DNA of 64,000 bases from Chthonomonadales bacterium (lineage in GTDB: Bacteria; Armatimonadota; Chthonomonadetes; Chthonomonadales; CAJBBX01), in the NCBI GenBank assembly GCA_037443035.1, contig JBBIPC010000006.1, forward strand, positions 129,092-193,091. The letters are read 5' to 3'. Below the pieces are notes generated by a model, which saw nothing but the letters and a program-made list of their open reading frames with translations, was not told where the DNA came from and did not search any database. The translations under genes were made by a program, and so were the position numbers. Below are positions 9,117 through 18,880 of the stretch, in pieces (within the stretch, counting starts at the first letter, position 1; each line of letters starts with the position of its first letter).

Positions 9117-11144
9117 TCAGTAGATCGTCAGTGTGCTTTCTCCGTACCCAGCGTCTACCCATGCGTCGCCGGCGAACTCACAGCGAATGGTATGGGTGCC
9201 GACCCCCAGTCCTGTGGTGTGGAGGACATGCCGCGCCACGCCAGGTTCCGTAGTACCGCTGCCTGTAGTGACGTCGGCAATCCAAGTGCCGTCCACTCTG
9301 AAAGTGACTTGTTTCCCTTCCTGCTTCGCGTAATCGTACAGGCGACGGAAGTAGGCATAGAGGCCCACCATTCCGCCAGCCGGGCAGGACTTCGGACAGA
9401 CCCAAATGTACGGCATTGCCTTCAGTACCGTGAGCTTCGCGGTCTTGCTGACTGCGGCGTATCCACCATTGCCCGGCCATACGCAGAGTATCGTTCGCTC
9501 GCCTGCACCAGCACCGTCTGGGACGTCGTAGAAGGGGTAGCTGGCATAGCCCTGCGTGGTGGTGGGACGAACGATCACCAGCGTACCATCCACGTAGAAG
9601 CCGATGCGCTTGTCGGAGAGAGGCACATTATCGCTTCGCAGCAGGCGGCACTTCAGTTCCGTGCGCCCCGTGATCCGTTGCGTACGGTCGAAGGTAGCCA
9701 TCTTCGTGGCCCATGACTGGCACGTGAGAGTGCCCGTGTCGGAGGAACCTTCGTACTGCGAATCGCCTGCGAATGTGCCGAGGATGGTTCTTGTTCCGGG
9801 GCCTTCCTCGATGAGCCAAGTGAAATCCGCGCGGCCGGGCGATCCCGAGGCACCCGTGACTCCCGACCCGACGACAGTCCCGTCAACACTGAATGTCACG
9901 GTCTTCCCGTCGAGCCACGCGTTATCACTGAGCCGCGAGAGATAGGCCCGGAGTGTAACGGGTTCCGTGATGGTGCCGGTGCGATCCGGTACCGTGAGTG
10001 CCGTGGCCTCAGACTGCAGCGCCATGGAATGGTAGCCGCCGCCAGCGATTGCGGTGGCTCTGTCCAGTACGTCCACCTGCCTGGGTTCCCACTGGGAGGC
10101 GTTGCCGCCGCAGCCCAACTGGCCATTGGAGTTGTTCCCCCATCCCCAAGCCGTTCCGTCTGATTTCACCGCGAGAGAATGGTAGTAGCCGGCCGCAATG
10201 ACGACAACATCGCTGATTTCGACTGTCTGCACTGGTGCGGTTCGCTGCGTAAGAGTACGGTCGCCCAGTTGGCCGTAGACGTTGTCACCCCATGCCCGTA
10301 CTGTTCCATCCGCCATCAGCGCCAGGCTATGCCGGTAGCCGGCAGATACGGCGACGGCACCTGTCAGCACCTGCACAGGGAGATTGCTCGCTGATGTCGT
10401 ACCGTTCCCAAGCTGTCCGAAGGAGTTATCGCCCCACGCCCAGACAGTTCCGTCGTTCTGCACTGCCAGGCTGTGGTAACCGCCGCAGGCAATGGAGACG
10501 ACCTGGGACACGACCAGCACGGAACCAGGCACGTCCGACGGATCGTTCGTTCCGTTGCCGAGCTGGCCAGAGCCGTTGTTTCCCCAGGCATAGACGGTGC
10601 CAACGGATGTCAGTGCCATGCTGTGGCTAAAGCCTCCCGCAACGGCGATCACTCCTGTCAGGCCGACGACCTGCACGGGGCTCTTGCAGTCTATGGTCGT
10701 CCCGTTCCCAAGCTGGCCGTACTCGTTGTAACCCCATGCCCAGACGGTGCCGTCGGCGCGGACGGCAAGGCTATGATAGTAGCCGCACGCGATCGCGATG
10801 ACGTCCGTCAGACCGTAGACTTGTACAGGCGTCGAGCGGTCTTCGATGGTTCCATCGCCGAGTTGGCCGTGCGAGTTGTCACCCCATGCCCACACTGTTC
10901 CGTCAGAGCGCAGCGCCAGACTGTGCCACTCGCCTGCGGCGATTGCGACGATACCTCCAAGATTAGGTGACTGGCCTGGCGTCCATCGCTCGTTGCTCGT
11001 TCCGTCACCCAATTGGCCCTGATTGTTGGCACCCCATGACCACGGCAGAGAAGCAAAGCCTGCTAGCGGTAATGAGAGAAGCACGACCGCCAGCGCAGGG
11101 ACTCGCCACGATGCACCTTGCATAGCGCAGACCTCCTCGAGCAC
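9117..11144 (-). CDS. Secreted RCC1-repeat beta-propeller protein with three C-terminal Ig-like repeats
   Basis: Signal-peptide-like N-terminus; seven 'WG.N..GQLG' repeats with HSLA/HSMA motifs; three 'K...F.VDGT' repeats at the C-terminus. Confidence 0.88.
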   Translation of the reverse strand: MLEEVCAMQGASWRVPALAVVLLSLPLAGFASLPWSWGANNQGQLGDGTSNERWTPGQSPNLGGIVAIAAGEWHSLALRSDGTVWAWGDNSHGQLGDGTIEDRSTPVQVYGLTDVIAIACGYYHSLAVRADGTVWAWGYNEYGQLGNGTTIDCKSPVQVVGLTGVIAVAGGFSHSMALTSVGTVYAWGNNGSGQLGNGTNDPSDVPGSVLVVSQVVSIACGGYHSLAVQNDGTVWAWGDNSFGQLGNGTTSASNLPVQVLTGAVAVSAGYRHSLALMADGTVRAWGDNVYGQLGDRTLTQRTAPVQTVEISDVVVIAAGYYHSLAVKSDGTAWGWGNNSNGQLGCGGNASQWEPRQVDVLDRATAIAGGGYHSMALQSEATALTVPDRTGTITEPVTLRAYLSRLSDNAWLDGKTVTFSVDGTVVGSGVTGASGSPGRADFTWLIEEGPGTRTILGTFAGDSQYEGSSDTGTLTCQSWATKMATFDRTQRITGRTELKCRLLRSDNVPLSDKRIGFYVDGTLVIVRPTTTQGYASYPFYDVPDGAGAGERTILCVWPGNGGYAAVSKTAKLTVLKAMPYIWVCPKSCPAGGMVGLYAYFRRLYDYAKQEGKQVTFRVDGTWIADVTTGSGTTEPGVARHVLHTTGLGVGTHTIRCEFAGDAWVDAGYGESTLTIY

Positions 11145-11231
11145 AGAGACTGTTGCACACGTACTCGCCCGCTATCCGGTTCTCACAACGGCTCACCTGT
11201 ACGCGCGGAGAGCCATCATGTAGCCAATAAC

Positions 11232-11260
11232 AATATATTGTCAGGGATTGCCCGTGTCAA
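11232..11260 (-). promoter_or_regulatory. Sigma70-type promoter of the RCC1 gene, with a palindrome over the -10 element
   Basis: Minus strand reads TTGACA-17 nt-TATATT; perfect palindrome ACAATATATTGT at 11230-11241. Confidence 0.7.
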
Positions 11261-11363
11261 GAGGTAGACGCGCTCGGACGAAGAGAGAAGAGCTTACATA
11301 GAGGCCGCTGCCGCAGCCGTACGTGCACCAGCGTGCTGGTTGGCGGCTATTGCACGATCTCGA

Positions 11364-12947
11364 CTACGTGTCTGTGTTCCACCAGCGCCGGCCATCCGCG
11401 CTGAGGAGCAGGTCAGCCTCGACGGGACCCCAGCTTCCCGGCATATAGGTGGCCGGAGGCTGTGTAGATCGCTCCCACGCTGCCAGGACAGGCGTCAGTA
11501 TCTCCCACGCTGTGCCCACTTCGTCGTCCCGAGCGAACAGCGACGCATCGCCCAGGAGGGCGTTCAGAATGAGACGCTCATAGGCGTCGGGTATGGCTCG
11601 CCCGAACTCCTCCGCGTAGGAGAATCGCATGCGCACAGGCTGGACGCACATGCCTACTCCAGGTTCCTTGGCACCCATGAGTATGTCCACGCCCTCGTCG
11701 GGCTGAATGCGGATGGAAATGCGGTTGGGAGGCATGACGGCGCATGTCAGGCGTGAGTAGAGCACATCTGGAACGGGCCGGAGCTCGAGGCTGACCTCCG
11801 TCAACCTCCGTGCGAGGCGCTTTCCGGCGCGGACATAGAACGGAACGCCGGCCCATCGCCAGTTGTCCACGAAGAACCGGATAGCGCAGTAGGTCTCGGT
11901 ACGAGAGGTCGAGGCGACGCCCGGCTCCTCCTTATAGGCCGGGACCTGAGCTCCGTTCATTACGCCGGCACCATATTGCGCCCAGACGATGTCTTGTTCC
12001 CGAGGGGTGCGAATCGCACGGAGGACCTTCACCTTCTCGTCGCGAACGGCATCGGCGCTCAGAGTTACCGGTGGCTCCATGGCCACGAGTGAGAGAACCT
12101 GCAACGCGTGGTTCTGGATGATGTCGCGAACGATCCCGGACGCGTCGAAGTAGCCACCACGGCCCTCCATCCCGAGCGTCTCAGCGACTGTGATCTGGAC
12201 GTTATCCACGTACAAGTGATTCCACAGCAGCTCGAACAGGCGGTTCGCGAAGCGCATGACCATAATGTTCTGGACCGTTTCCTTGCCCAGGTAATGGTCA
12301 ATGCGGTAGATCTGTTCCTCGGTAAGTGTCGCGCGTAGCCGCCGGTTCAGCTCACGAGCCGATGCGAGGTCCCGGCCGAAAGGCTTCTCGATGACGACAC
12401 GCCGCCAGGGAATGCCGTCTGACGCCTGCGTGGACAACCCTGTAGCTCCCAGGATTTCCACGACGCGCGCAAACGCATCGGGTGGTGTCGCCAGGTAGAA
12501 GAGCCGATTCCCCTGAGTCCCTTTACTCCGTTCAACTTGCTCGAGCGTCGCCTTCAAGCCGTCCAGGTCTGACGGACTTTCCAGCGAGGAACAGACATAG
12601 TGGATGTGTTCGGCAAACCGCTGCCATGCTGCCGTGCTAGCGGGTACAGCCGGTGCATACGCCTGTACCGACTCGAACGCCTCCGAGCGGTACTCCCCGA
12701 CAGTACGCTTTCGCCGGGCCACCGCGACGATCTCGAAGTCTCGCGGCAGCAGACCCTGCGTATAGAGGGAGTAGATAGCTGGGATGAGCTTGCGCCGAGT
12801 TAGATCCCCCGTCGCGCCGAAGAGCACCATGGCGCAGGGTGATGGCAGTGTAGGTGAAGTAGGCTCACGAGGATCCAGACCGCTCGCGTCCTGGCCGAAA
12901 CCCCAGCCTCCGATTCGGCGGGAATCCTGACCTCCAGTAGGCGTCAC
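11364..12947 (-). CDS. zwf: Glucose-6-phosphate 1-dehydrogenase
   Basis: [39 protein letters not shown] at 12947 overlaps the sigma-factor stop (start uncertain). Confidence 0.95.
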   Translation of the reverse strand: MTPTGGQDSRRIGGWGFGQDASGLDPREPTSPTLPSPCAMVLFGATGDLTRRKLIPAIYSLYTQGLLPRDFEIVAVARRKRTVGEYRSEAFESVQAYAPAVPASTAAWQRFAEHIHYVCSSLESPSDLDGLKATLEQVERSKGTQGNRLFYLATPPDAFARVVEILGATGLSTQASDGIPWRRVVIEKPFGRDLASARELNRRLRATLTEEQIYRIDHYLGKETVQNIMVMRFANRLFELLWNHLYVDNVQITVAETLGMEGRGGYFDASGIVRDIIQNHALQVLSLVAMEPPVTLSADAVRDEKVKVLRAIRTPREQDIVWAQYGAGVMNGAQVPAYKEEPGVASTSRTETYCAIRFFVDNWRWAGVPFYVRAGKRLARRLTEVSLELRPVPDVLYSRLTCAVMPPNRISIRIQPDEGVDILMGAKEPGVGMCVQPVRMRFSYAEEFGRAIPDAYERLILNALLGDASLFARDDEVGTAWEILTPVLAAWERSTQPPATYMPGSWGPVEADLLLSADGRRWWNTDT

Positions 12948-13864
12948 AAAGTGCATCCTCCAGACATGCACGCAAGGCTCATCTTTCGCAACTTGGCCAG
13001 AGCCTGTGCCTCGATCTGACGCGCTCGTTCGCGGGTCATACGAAGGGCCCGGCCAGTTTCCTGCAGTGTCCGCGGCACGTTATCGAGGATGCCATAGCGA
13101 AGGACCAGGACCTGCCGTTCCCGTGGAAGTAGAGAGTCCAGGGCGGCGAAAAGCTCGTCACGGGCGATGGAAAGCATGGCAGAATCCAGCAAGTGACAGT
13201 CACTATCGCCCGCCACAAAATCGCCGATGAGATCCTGACCATCCGCGCGAACGGGTGCGTCCAGCGACAGTGGTGCCGGTGCGCAGTCCATGAGCTTCTC
13301 CACGACTCGTTCGGGAATGGCCGTCTCTGCGGCAAGTTCGCAACATGTGGGGCTGCGGCCAAGCTGACGGCTCAGCGTCGCCTGTGCCTTGCGTAAGCGC
13401 CCAATGGCATCCACTGCGTGCGACGGTAGGCGGATGGTCCTCGCTTGGTTGGCGATGGCGCGGCGGATGGCCTGGCGGATCCAGTGCGTGGCGTAGGTGC
13501 TGAAGCGATAGCCTCGTGAGTAGTCGAACTTGTCAATGGCACGCAAGAGACCGATGATGCCTTCTTGCATCATGTCCTCCAGCGAGAGACCGCGGCCCAT
13601 GTAGCGTCTGGCCACGGCTGCCACGAGGCGTACGTTGGAGTTCACCAGGATCTCGCGTGCCGTGGGGTCACCCTGTTCGACACGTCGAGCAAGGCTGACC
13701 TCCTGCGCGGCCGTCAACAGCGGCGCATTGCCACCGCGAGCTATCCAGCGCTCGAGTACATCCCCGGTCATTGGCGTGCCATACACCGGGCTATGCTTCG
13801 ACGCGTCCCGGCGCTCGTCTGGTGGGCCAGCTCCGCCATGCTCGAACATGGGACGGCCGCGCAT
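12944..13864 (-). CDS. Sigma-70 family alternative sigma factor (RpoD/RpoS-like, no region 1.1)
   Basis: [52 protein letters not shown], region 4 [17 protein letters not shown]. Confidence 0.92.
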   Translation of the reverse strand: MRGRPMFEHGGAGPPDERRDASKHSPVYGTPMTGDVLERWIARGGNAPLLTAAQEVSLARRVEQGDPTAREILVNSNVRLVAAVARRYMGRGLSLEDMMQEGIIGLLRAIDKFDYSRGYRFSTYATHWIRQAIRRAIANQARTIRLPSHAVDAIGRLRKAQATLSRQLGRSPTCCELAAETAIPERVVEKLMDCAPAPLSLDAPVRADGQDLIGDFVAGDSDCHLLDSAMLSIARDELFAALDSLLPRERQVLVLRYGILDNVPRTLQETGRALRMTRERARQIEAQALAKLRKMSLACMSGGCTL

Positions 13865-13907
13865 GCGCCAGACCTAGCTTGTACGACGCTTTTCCGAATG
13901 AGAGGGG

Positions 13908-14180
13908 TCAGGATTCGGCCTCGACGGCAGTCGTGGCCTCGGTAGGCTCCGCCGTCTCCTCCGGCGCCGTACGGCGTCGCAACTCCTTGGTCTTCTCGGC
14001 TAGCTCGTGGGTGAGCTCTGCAATGCGTTCTTTGAGCTTGGCAGTCGAGTCGAGGACTTTCGCGCGTGTTTCGGAGCCGGACGCGGGTGCGTAGAGGATG
14101 GCGACGGTGGCACCCACAGCCACGCCAAGGAGGAAGACCACAAGGGAAGTCCCGATGCTGCTGTTGTCGTCTTGTGACAT
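13908..14180 (-). CDS. YtxH-domain small protein
   Basis: FLLGVAVGATVAILYAPASGSETR motif followed by a coiled coil. Confidence 0.85.
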   Translation of the reverse strand: MSQDDNSSIGTSLVVFLLGVAVGATVAILYAPASGSETRAKVLDSTAKLKERIAELTHELAEKTKELRRRTAPEETAEPTEATTAVEAES

Positions 14181-14398
14181 GGCGCACACTCCCTTTGCCT
14201 GGGCTGCACTCGGATCGCGTGCAACCGGTTTGTGTTACATACGTAAGTATTCGACGGAAGTGTGACAGATCCCGTTTCGGTAGCCGTGGTATCGCGTCGA
14301 CAGGTCTGCAGTCGTTGTTACAGGTAAGGGCGAAAGGCGTCTATAGTAACGGCGTATTAGCATGAGGACCCTAGGACCCAGGTCTCTGGAGGCAAACG

Positions 14399-16102
14399 GT
14401 GCTGAAACTCAAGCGTGTACCGCTCGGTGTGATGTTGGTGGAGAGGAAGCTGGCCACCCAGGAACAGGTGGACCAGGCGCTCGCTGAGCAGCGCCGCCAT
14501 GACAACGCGCGGCGTCTCGGAGAGATTCTCATCGAGAACCGCGTTATCTCGGAAGCGGCGCTCTTGGAGGTTCTATCGGACCAACTTGGTTGTCCGGTCA
14601 TAGACCTGAACACGACACCTCCCGATCCAGGCGCCATCCACATTGTCCCGAGCGAGTTCGCGTTGCGCCATCACCTGCTACCCATTCGCCAAGAGGACCA
14701 CACTCTCACCGTGGCCATGGCTGATCCTCTCGATATCCAGTCCATTGACGACCTGCGCCTGCTAACAGGCTTCAGCGTTATCCCCATGTTGGCCAGTCCA
14801 ACGGAGATACGCCGTGCGGCTGAACAGATCTACATGCAACAGATGCTGGAAGGTGTCCAGGCGGTCGAACAGGTGGCGTCCGAAGAGGAGAGCATAGATG
14901 TCGCCGACCTCCAGAAGATGGCCCGCGAAGAGTTGGTCATCCAGATGGTCAACCTGATCATCAACCAGGCGATTCAGGACCGTGCGTCGGATATTCATAT
15001 CGAACCGTTCGAGAAGGAGCTGCGCGTCCGATACCGTGTCGATGGCGTCCTTCACGAGGTCAATGCGCCCCCCAAGCGCCTCCACCCGGCCATCATCTCC
15101 CGTATCAAGATCCTGTCGGACATGGACATAGCCGAGCGCCGACTGCCCCAGGACGGACGGATGCGTATCCGGTCCGGGGGGCGACAGATTGACCTACGCG
15201 TCTCCACGGTGCCGACCCTGTACGGGGAGTCGGCGGTGCTCCGCATTCTCGACAAGCAGACCGCCATGTTGGGGCTTCAGGAGCTGGGCATGTTCAGCGA
15301 TACGTTCAGCCGGTTCCGAAACCTCATTAGCGAGCCGCATGGCATTATCTTGGTGACGGGTCCCACCGGTTCTGGCAAGACGACAACGCTCTATGCGGCT
15401 CTGAACGAGATCTACTCGCCGGAGAAGAAGATCATTACCATCGAGGACCCGGTGGAGTATCAGCTCGCAGGCATCAACCAGATCCAGGTGCACCCTCAGA
15501 TCAACTTGACCTTTGCCAATGGACTCCGGCACATCGTGCGCCAGGACCCCGATATCATCATGGTCGGTGAGATCCGCGACACCGAAACAGTGGAGATTGC
15601 CATCCATGCGGCCCTGACCGGCCACCTCGTGTTCAGCACCCTACACACAAACGACGCCGCTGGCGCGATATCCCGGCTACTGGACATGGGAGCCGAGCCC
15701 TATCTTGTGGCGTCATCCTTGATAGGCAGCATCGCGCAGAGGCTGGTTCGCATCATCTGTCCAAGGTGCAAGACGCCTGTCACCGAGTCGCCGGTGGAAC
15801 TTCAGCAGGTGGGTATCACCCCAGAGATGCTGAATGGCGGTCATGTGTATGCTGGCGCCGGTTGTCCGGAATGCCGGGGGGTGGGGTTCCGGGGGAGAAG
15901 TGGTCTCTTCGAAATGCTGACCGTGGACGATACGGTGCGACAGATGATTGTCAGCCGAGCGCCGTCCACAGAGATACGCCAGTACGCACAGCGGAGTCAG
16001 GGAATGCGTACGCTGCTCCAGGATGGTCGTCGGCGAGTCCTGGCGGGTGAAACAACGGTGAAGGAAGTTCTCCGGGTCTGCCAGCGGGAAGACTTCGAGT
16101 AG
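14399..16102 (+). CDS. gspE: T2SS/T4P assembly ATPase (GspE/PilB) with an MshEN-like N-terminus
   Basis: RASDIHIEP, GPTGSGKTTTLY, TIEDPVEY, RQDPDIIMVGEIRD, STLHTNDA, two CxxC zinc-binding pairs. Confidence 0.93.
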   Translation: MLKLKRVPLGVMLVERKLATQEQVDQALAEQRRHDNARRLGEILIENRVISEAALLEVLSDQLGCPVIDLNTTPPDPGAIHIVPSEFALRHHLLPIRQEDHTLTVAMADPLDIQSIDDLRLLTGFSVIPMLASPTEIRRAAEQIYMQQMLEGVQAVEQVASEEESIDVADLQKMAREELVIQMVNLIINQAIQDRASDIHIEPFEKELRVRYRVDGVLHEVNAPPKRLHPAIISRIKILSDMDIAERRLPQDGRMRIRSGGRQIDLRVSTVPTLYGESAVLRILDKQTAMLGLQELGMFSDTFSRFRNLISEPHGIILVTGPTGSGKTTTLYAALNEIYSPEKKIITIEDPVEYQLAGINQIQVHPQINLTFANGLRHIVRQDPDIIMVGEIRDTETVEIAIHAALTGHLVFSTLHTNDAAGAISRLLDMGAEPYLVASSLIGSIAQRLVRIICPRCKTPVTESPVELQQVGITPEMLNGGHVYAGAGCPECRGVGFRGRSGLFEMLTVDDTVRQMIVSRAPSTEIRQYAQRSQGMRTLLQDGRRRVLAGETTVKEVLRVCQREDFE

Positions 16103-16114
16103 GCGGTGTGACGC

Positions 16115-17389
16115 GTGCCTGAGTATCAATACATAGCCTTGGATCGGTCCGGCAAGCAGGTAACGGGTGTGGTCACATGCCGTGACCAGAGCGACGCCGC
16201 GGCACGGGTGCGCGGTCTCGGCTACTTTCCGGTGGAGCTCTCGCCGGTGAGTGCAGGCGTCAGGCGTACTGCTGCGCCGGCGACTGCTGATAGGCCGACC
16301 AGGCGGGAAGCGCGTGCTGCGCAGGCCAAAGAAGGCGAAGCTCGCGGCGTCAAGAAACCCACGCGCCTTCAGATACTCCTTTTCACGCGCGAACTAGCGG
16401 ACCTTATCGACGCAGGTCTGCCTATTGACCGTGCACTGTCGGTGCTCATCGAACAGACGGACAGCCCGGCCATGGAAGTCATGCTTCGCGGTATCCAGAA
16501 TGACGTTCGTGCGGGCCAGGCTCTGTCCGACGCTCTGCGCAAGTTCCCGCGCGAGTTTCCTCCGCTCTACGCGAATATGATCCACGCGGGCGAAGTAGCG
16601 GGCCAGCTTCCCGAGGTCATGAGCCGTCTGGCGGATTTCCTGGAGAAGGAGCAGGTGCGTCGCAGTCAGATAGTAGCTGCACTGACCTATCCCGCTGTCC
16701 TCATCACGGTGGCCATTTTCGCCGTCACGTTCCTTCTGACGTTCGTCATACCTCGTCTCGAGGCTGTGTTCAAGGACCTGGGGGCTGCGTTGCCAGCGCC
16801 CACGCAGGCGCTCCTCGCGATTTCCGGTTTCGTCGTACATAGGTGGTGGGTCATCGCTCTCATCATTGTTGGTGTGGTCGTGGCATTTCGATCCTGGGTC
16901 AGCACCATTCCGGGACGTCGGACCTTCGATGCGCTGCGGCTCAATCTTCCTCTCGCCGGGATGCTGACAAGGAAGATGGTCATGGCGCGCTTCGCCAGAA
17001 CGCTTGGCACACTTCTGGCAGGAGGCGTGCCGATCCTCGACTCTCTAGATATTTCTGCCACCGCGGTCGGCAACACCGCCGCAGCCGCCGCAGTAGCGGA
17101 CATCCGCGATCGGGTACGGCAAGGAGAAACGTTGTCGTCCGGCATGCGGGAAGACCCAACATTCGTGCCATTGGTGGTCCATATGGCGGCAGTTGGTGAA
17201 GAGACAGGGCGCCTGGCGCCCATGCTCATCCGCACAGCGGAGACGCTGGACTTCGAGGTGGACAATACCATGCGTCGGCTCACGAGTCTCGTGGAGCCCC
17301 TCGTTGTGCTTCTCATGGGCGGGTTCGTGGGTTTCGTGGTTCTATCCATCCTCCTGCCCATCTTCCAGGCCAACACGATCGTGAAATAG
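16115..17389 (+). CDS. gspF: T2SS inner-membrane platform protein (GspF/PilC)
   Basis: FTRELADLIDAGLP, AGEVAGQL, ALTYP, VGEETGRL, SLVEP, ILLPIF. Confidence 0.93.
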   Translation: MPEYQYIALDRSGKQVTGVVTCRDQSDAAARVRGLGYFPVELSPVSAGVRRTAAPATADRPTRREARAAQAKEGEARGVKKPTRLQILLFTRELADLIDAGLPIDRALSVLIEQTDSPAMEVMLRGIQNDVRAGQALSDALRKFPREFPPLYANMIHAGEVAGQLPEVMSRLADFLEKEQVRRSQIVAALTYPAVLITVAIFAVTFLLTFVIPRLEAVFKDLGAALPAPTQALLAISGFVVHRWWVIALIIVGVVVAFRSWVSTIPGRRTFDALRLNLPLAGMLTRKMVMARFARTLGTLLAGGVPILDSLDISATAVGNTAAAAAVADIRDRVRQGETLSSGMREDPTFVPLVVHMAAVGEETGRLAPMLIRTAETLDFEVDNTMRRLTSLVEPLVVLLMGGFVGFVVLSILLPIFQANTIVK

Positions 17390-17429
17390 GCGAGCAGGCT
17401 CTGCTCACAGTACGAAGGAGAATGTTCGA

Positions 17430-17867
17430 ATGCGAGGCACACAGCATTGCAGGACCGGCGGACGAGGCGGCTTCACCCTTATCGAGCTGCTGGTCGTGAT
17501 CATCATTCTGGCAATCTTGGCCGCGGTCGTCATCCCTCGGGTCATTGGCCGGACCGAAGATGCCCGCATCGCCAAGGCTGTTGCCGATATCAGCACCATC
17601 GATGGAGTGCTGGATCAGTACAAGTTGGACGTCGGCAACTATCCATCCAGCGACGAGGGCCTCCAGGCTCTCGTGACCAACGTGGGCAACAACGAGAGAT
17701 GGAACGGGCCCTACCTGAAAAACGGCTTGCCGAACGACCCATGGGGTAACCCGTATATCTACCAGTACCCTGGCGAGCATGGCCTCGAGTACGACGTCTA
17801 CTCGGCCGGTCCGGACAAACAACCTGGCAGCCAGGATGACATTGGTAACTGGAACCTGCAGCAGTGA
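17430..17867 (+). CDS. gspG: T2SS major pseudopilin
   Basis: G|FTLIELLVVIIILAILAAVVIP; YKLDVGNYPSSDEGLQALV; WNGPYL; DPWGNPY; YSAGPD. Confidence 0.95.
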   Translation: MRGTQHCRTGGRGGFTLIELLVVIIILAILAAVVIPRVIGRTEDARIAKAVADISTIDGVLDQYKLDVGNYPSSDEGLQALVTNVGNNERWNGPYLKNGLPNDPWGNPYIYQYPGEHGLEYDVYSAGPDKQPGSQDDIGNWNLQQ

Positions 17868-17901
17868 CGGAACGTAGCTTGTTGACTCCACAACGGAGCG
17901 G

Positions 17902-18489
17902 TTGAGCGTTCGCATGGGAACTGCAAAGCCATTTGCTGCTGGTGCGCTCCGCCGGCGGAGGCTCGCGGCGGTGACGCTTATCGAGATGATCGTCCTGATC
18001 ATCGTGATGGCGCTACTGTCCAGCGTGGCCGTACCGGCCTTCTCCCGGCTACGCGACCGTGCAGCCTTCGAGGCGAAAGTCGCTCAGGTGATGAGCTTCT
18101 TCACTCAGACTCGAGCCCAAGCCATCGAGCTCGGGATGCAGGTGGAAGTGCGTTTCGATCCGCAGTCCGAGAGCTTCACCGCGCGGGGCGATACTACGAT
18201 GACGGGGCAGGACCTACCGACCGACATAGCCGCCACCTCCGAGACGGCAACGGTACTCTATGAGCGCTCGCTGGCGCTTCCATCCGACTACCGAATTGAG
18301 GACCTGCAGGTCTTCGGCCCAGAAGCGGTTGCGGGAACCATGGCATCCCGGACGGAGACCGTTCTGTACTTCCATGAAGATGGCACGTGCGACGGACTCC
18401 GTTTCACCCTCGTGCGGGACACGGGCCACGCTGCGGTGATCACGTTGTGGCCCACAACTGGCGCCGTGGACGTAGAGCCTCCAAGCTAA
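17902..18489 (+). CDS. Minor pseudopilin, GspH/FimT-like
   Basis: Basic leader then A|VTLIEMIVLIIVMALLSSVAVP; C-terminal 'LYFHEDGT' motif; follows gspG. Confidence 0.8.
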   Translation: MSVRMGTAKPFAAGALRRRRLAAVTLIEMIVLIIVMALLSSVAVPAFSRLRDRAAFEAKVAQVMSFFTQTRAQAIELGMQVEVRFDPQSESFTARGDTTMTGQDLPTDIAATSETATVLYERSLALPSDYRIEDLQVFGPEAVAGTMASRTETVLYFHEDGTCDGLRFTLVRDTGHAAVITLWPTTGAVDVEPPS

Positions 18490-18502
18490 GGCCAGAGCTG
18501 GT

Positions 18503-18880
18503 ATGCATCGAAGCGCTCGGGGTTTCACCCTTGTGGAGATGGTGGTAGCCGCCATTGTACTGGTTATCGGCGGAGTCGCGGCCATGCTAGCCATTGGCAC
18601 GTGCACCCGAGCCATCGGAGATTCAGAGTCTTACTCACGGGCAGCCATGCTCGCCGAGATGCGCCTTGCTGACATAGAGGCGGACCCGAGCACTCTCACA
18701 ACGGGTGAGCAGCAAGGCGACTTCGGAGCAGACTATCCTGGCTACGCTTGGGTACAGACGGTGGACCGGACGGATCTTTCCGATGTCGTCCAGGTCACGA
18801 TCACAGTGAGCTGGCCCATGGGAATACGCCAGGGCAAGGCGACCTTCGTCACTCTGCTGCGGGTCACGAGCGGCACATGA
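18503..18880 (+). CDS. Minor pseudopilin, GspI-like
   Basis: RG|FTLVEMVVA; 'A.MLAEMRLA', 'YPGYAW', 'VTITVSW'. Confidence 0.85.
   Translation: MHRSARGFTLVEMVVAAIVLVIGGVAAMLAIGTCTRAIGDSESYSRAAMLAEMRLADIEADPSTLTTGEQQGDFGADYPGYAWVQTVDRTDLSDVVQVTITVSWPMGIRQGKATFVTLLRVTSGT

Noticed and set aside
10015..11045. Periodic ~150-bp DNA repeats as a possible CRISPR array or DGR template
   Set aside because: They are in-frame degenerate RCC1 protein repeats; no spacers, cas genes or reverse transcriptase
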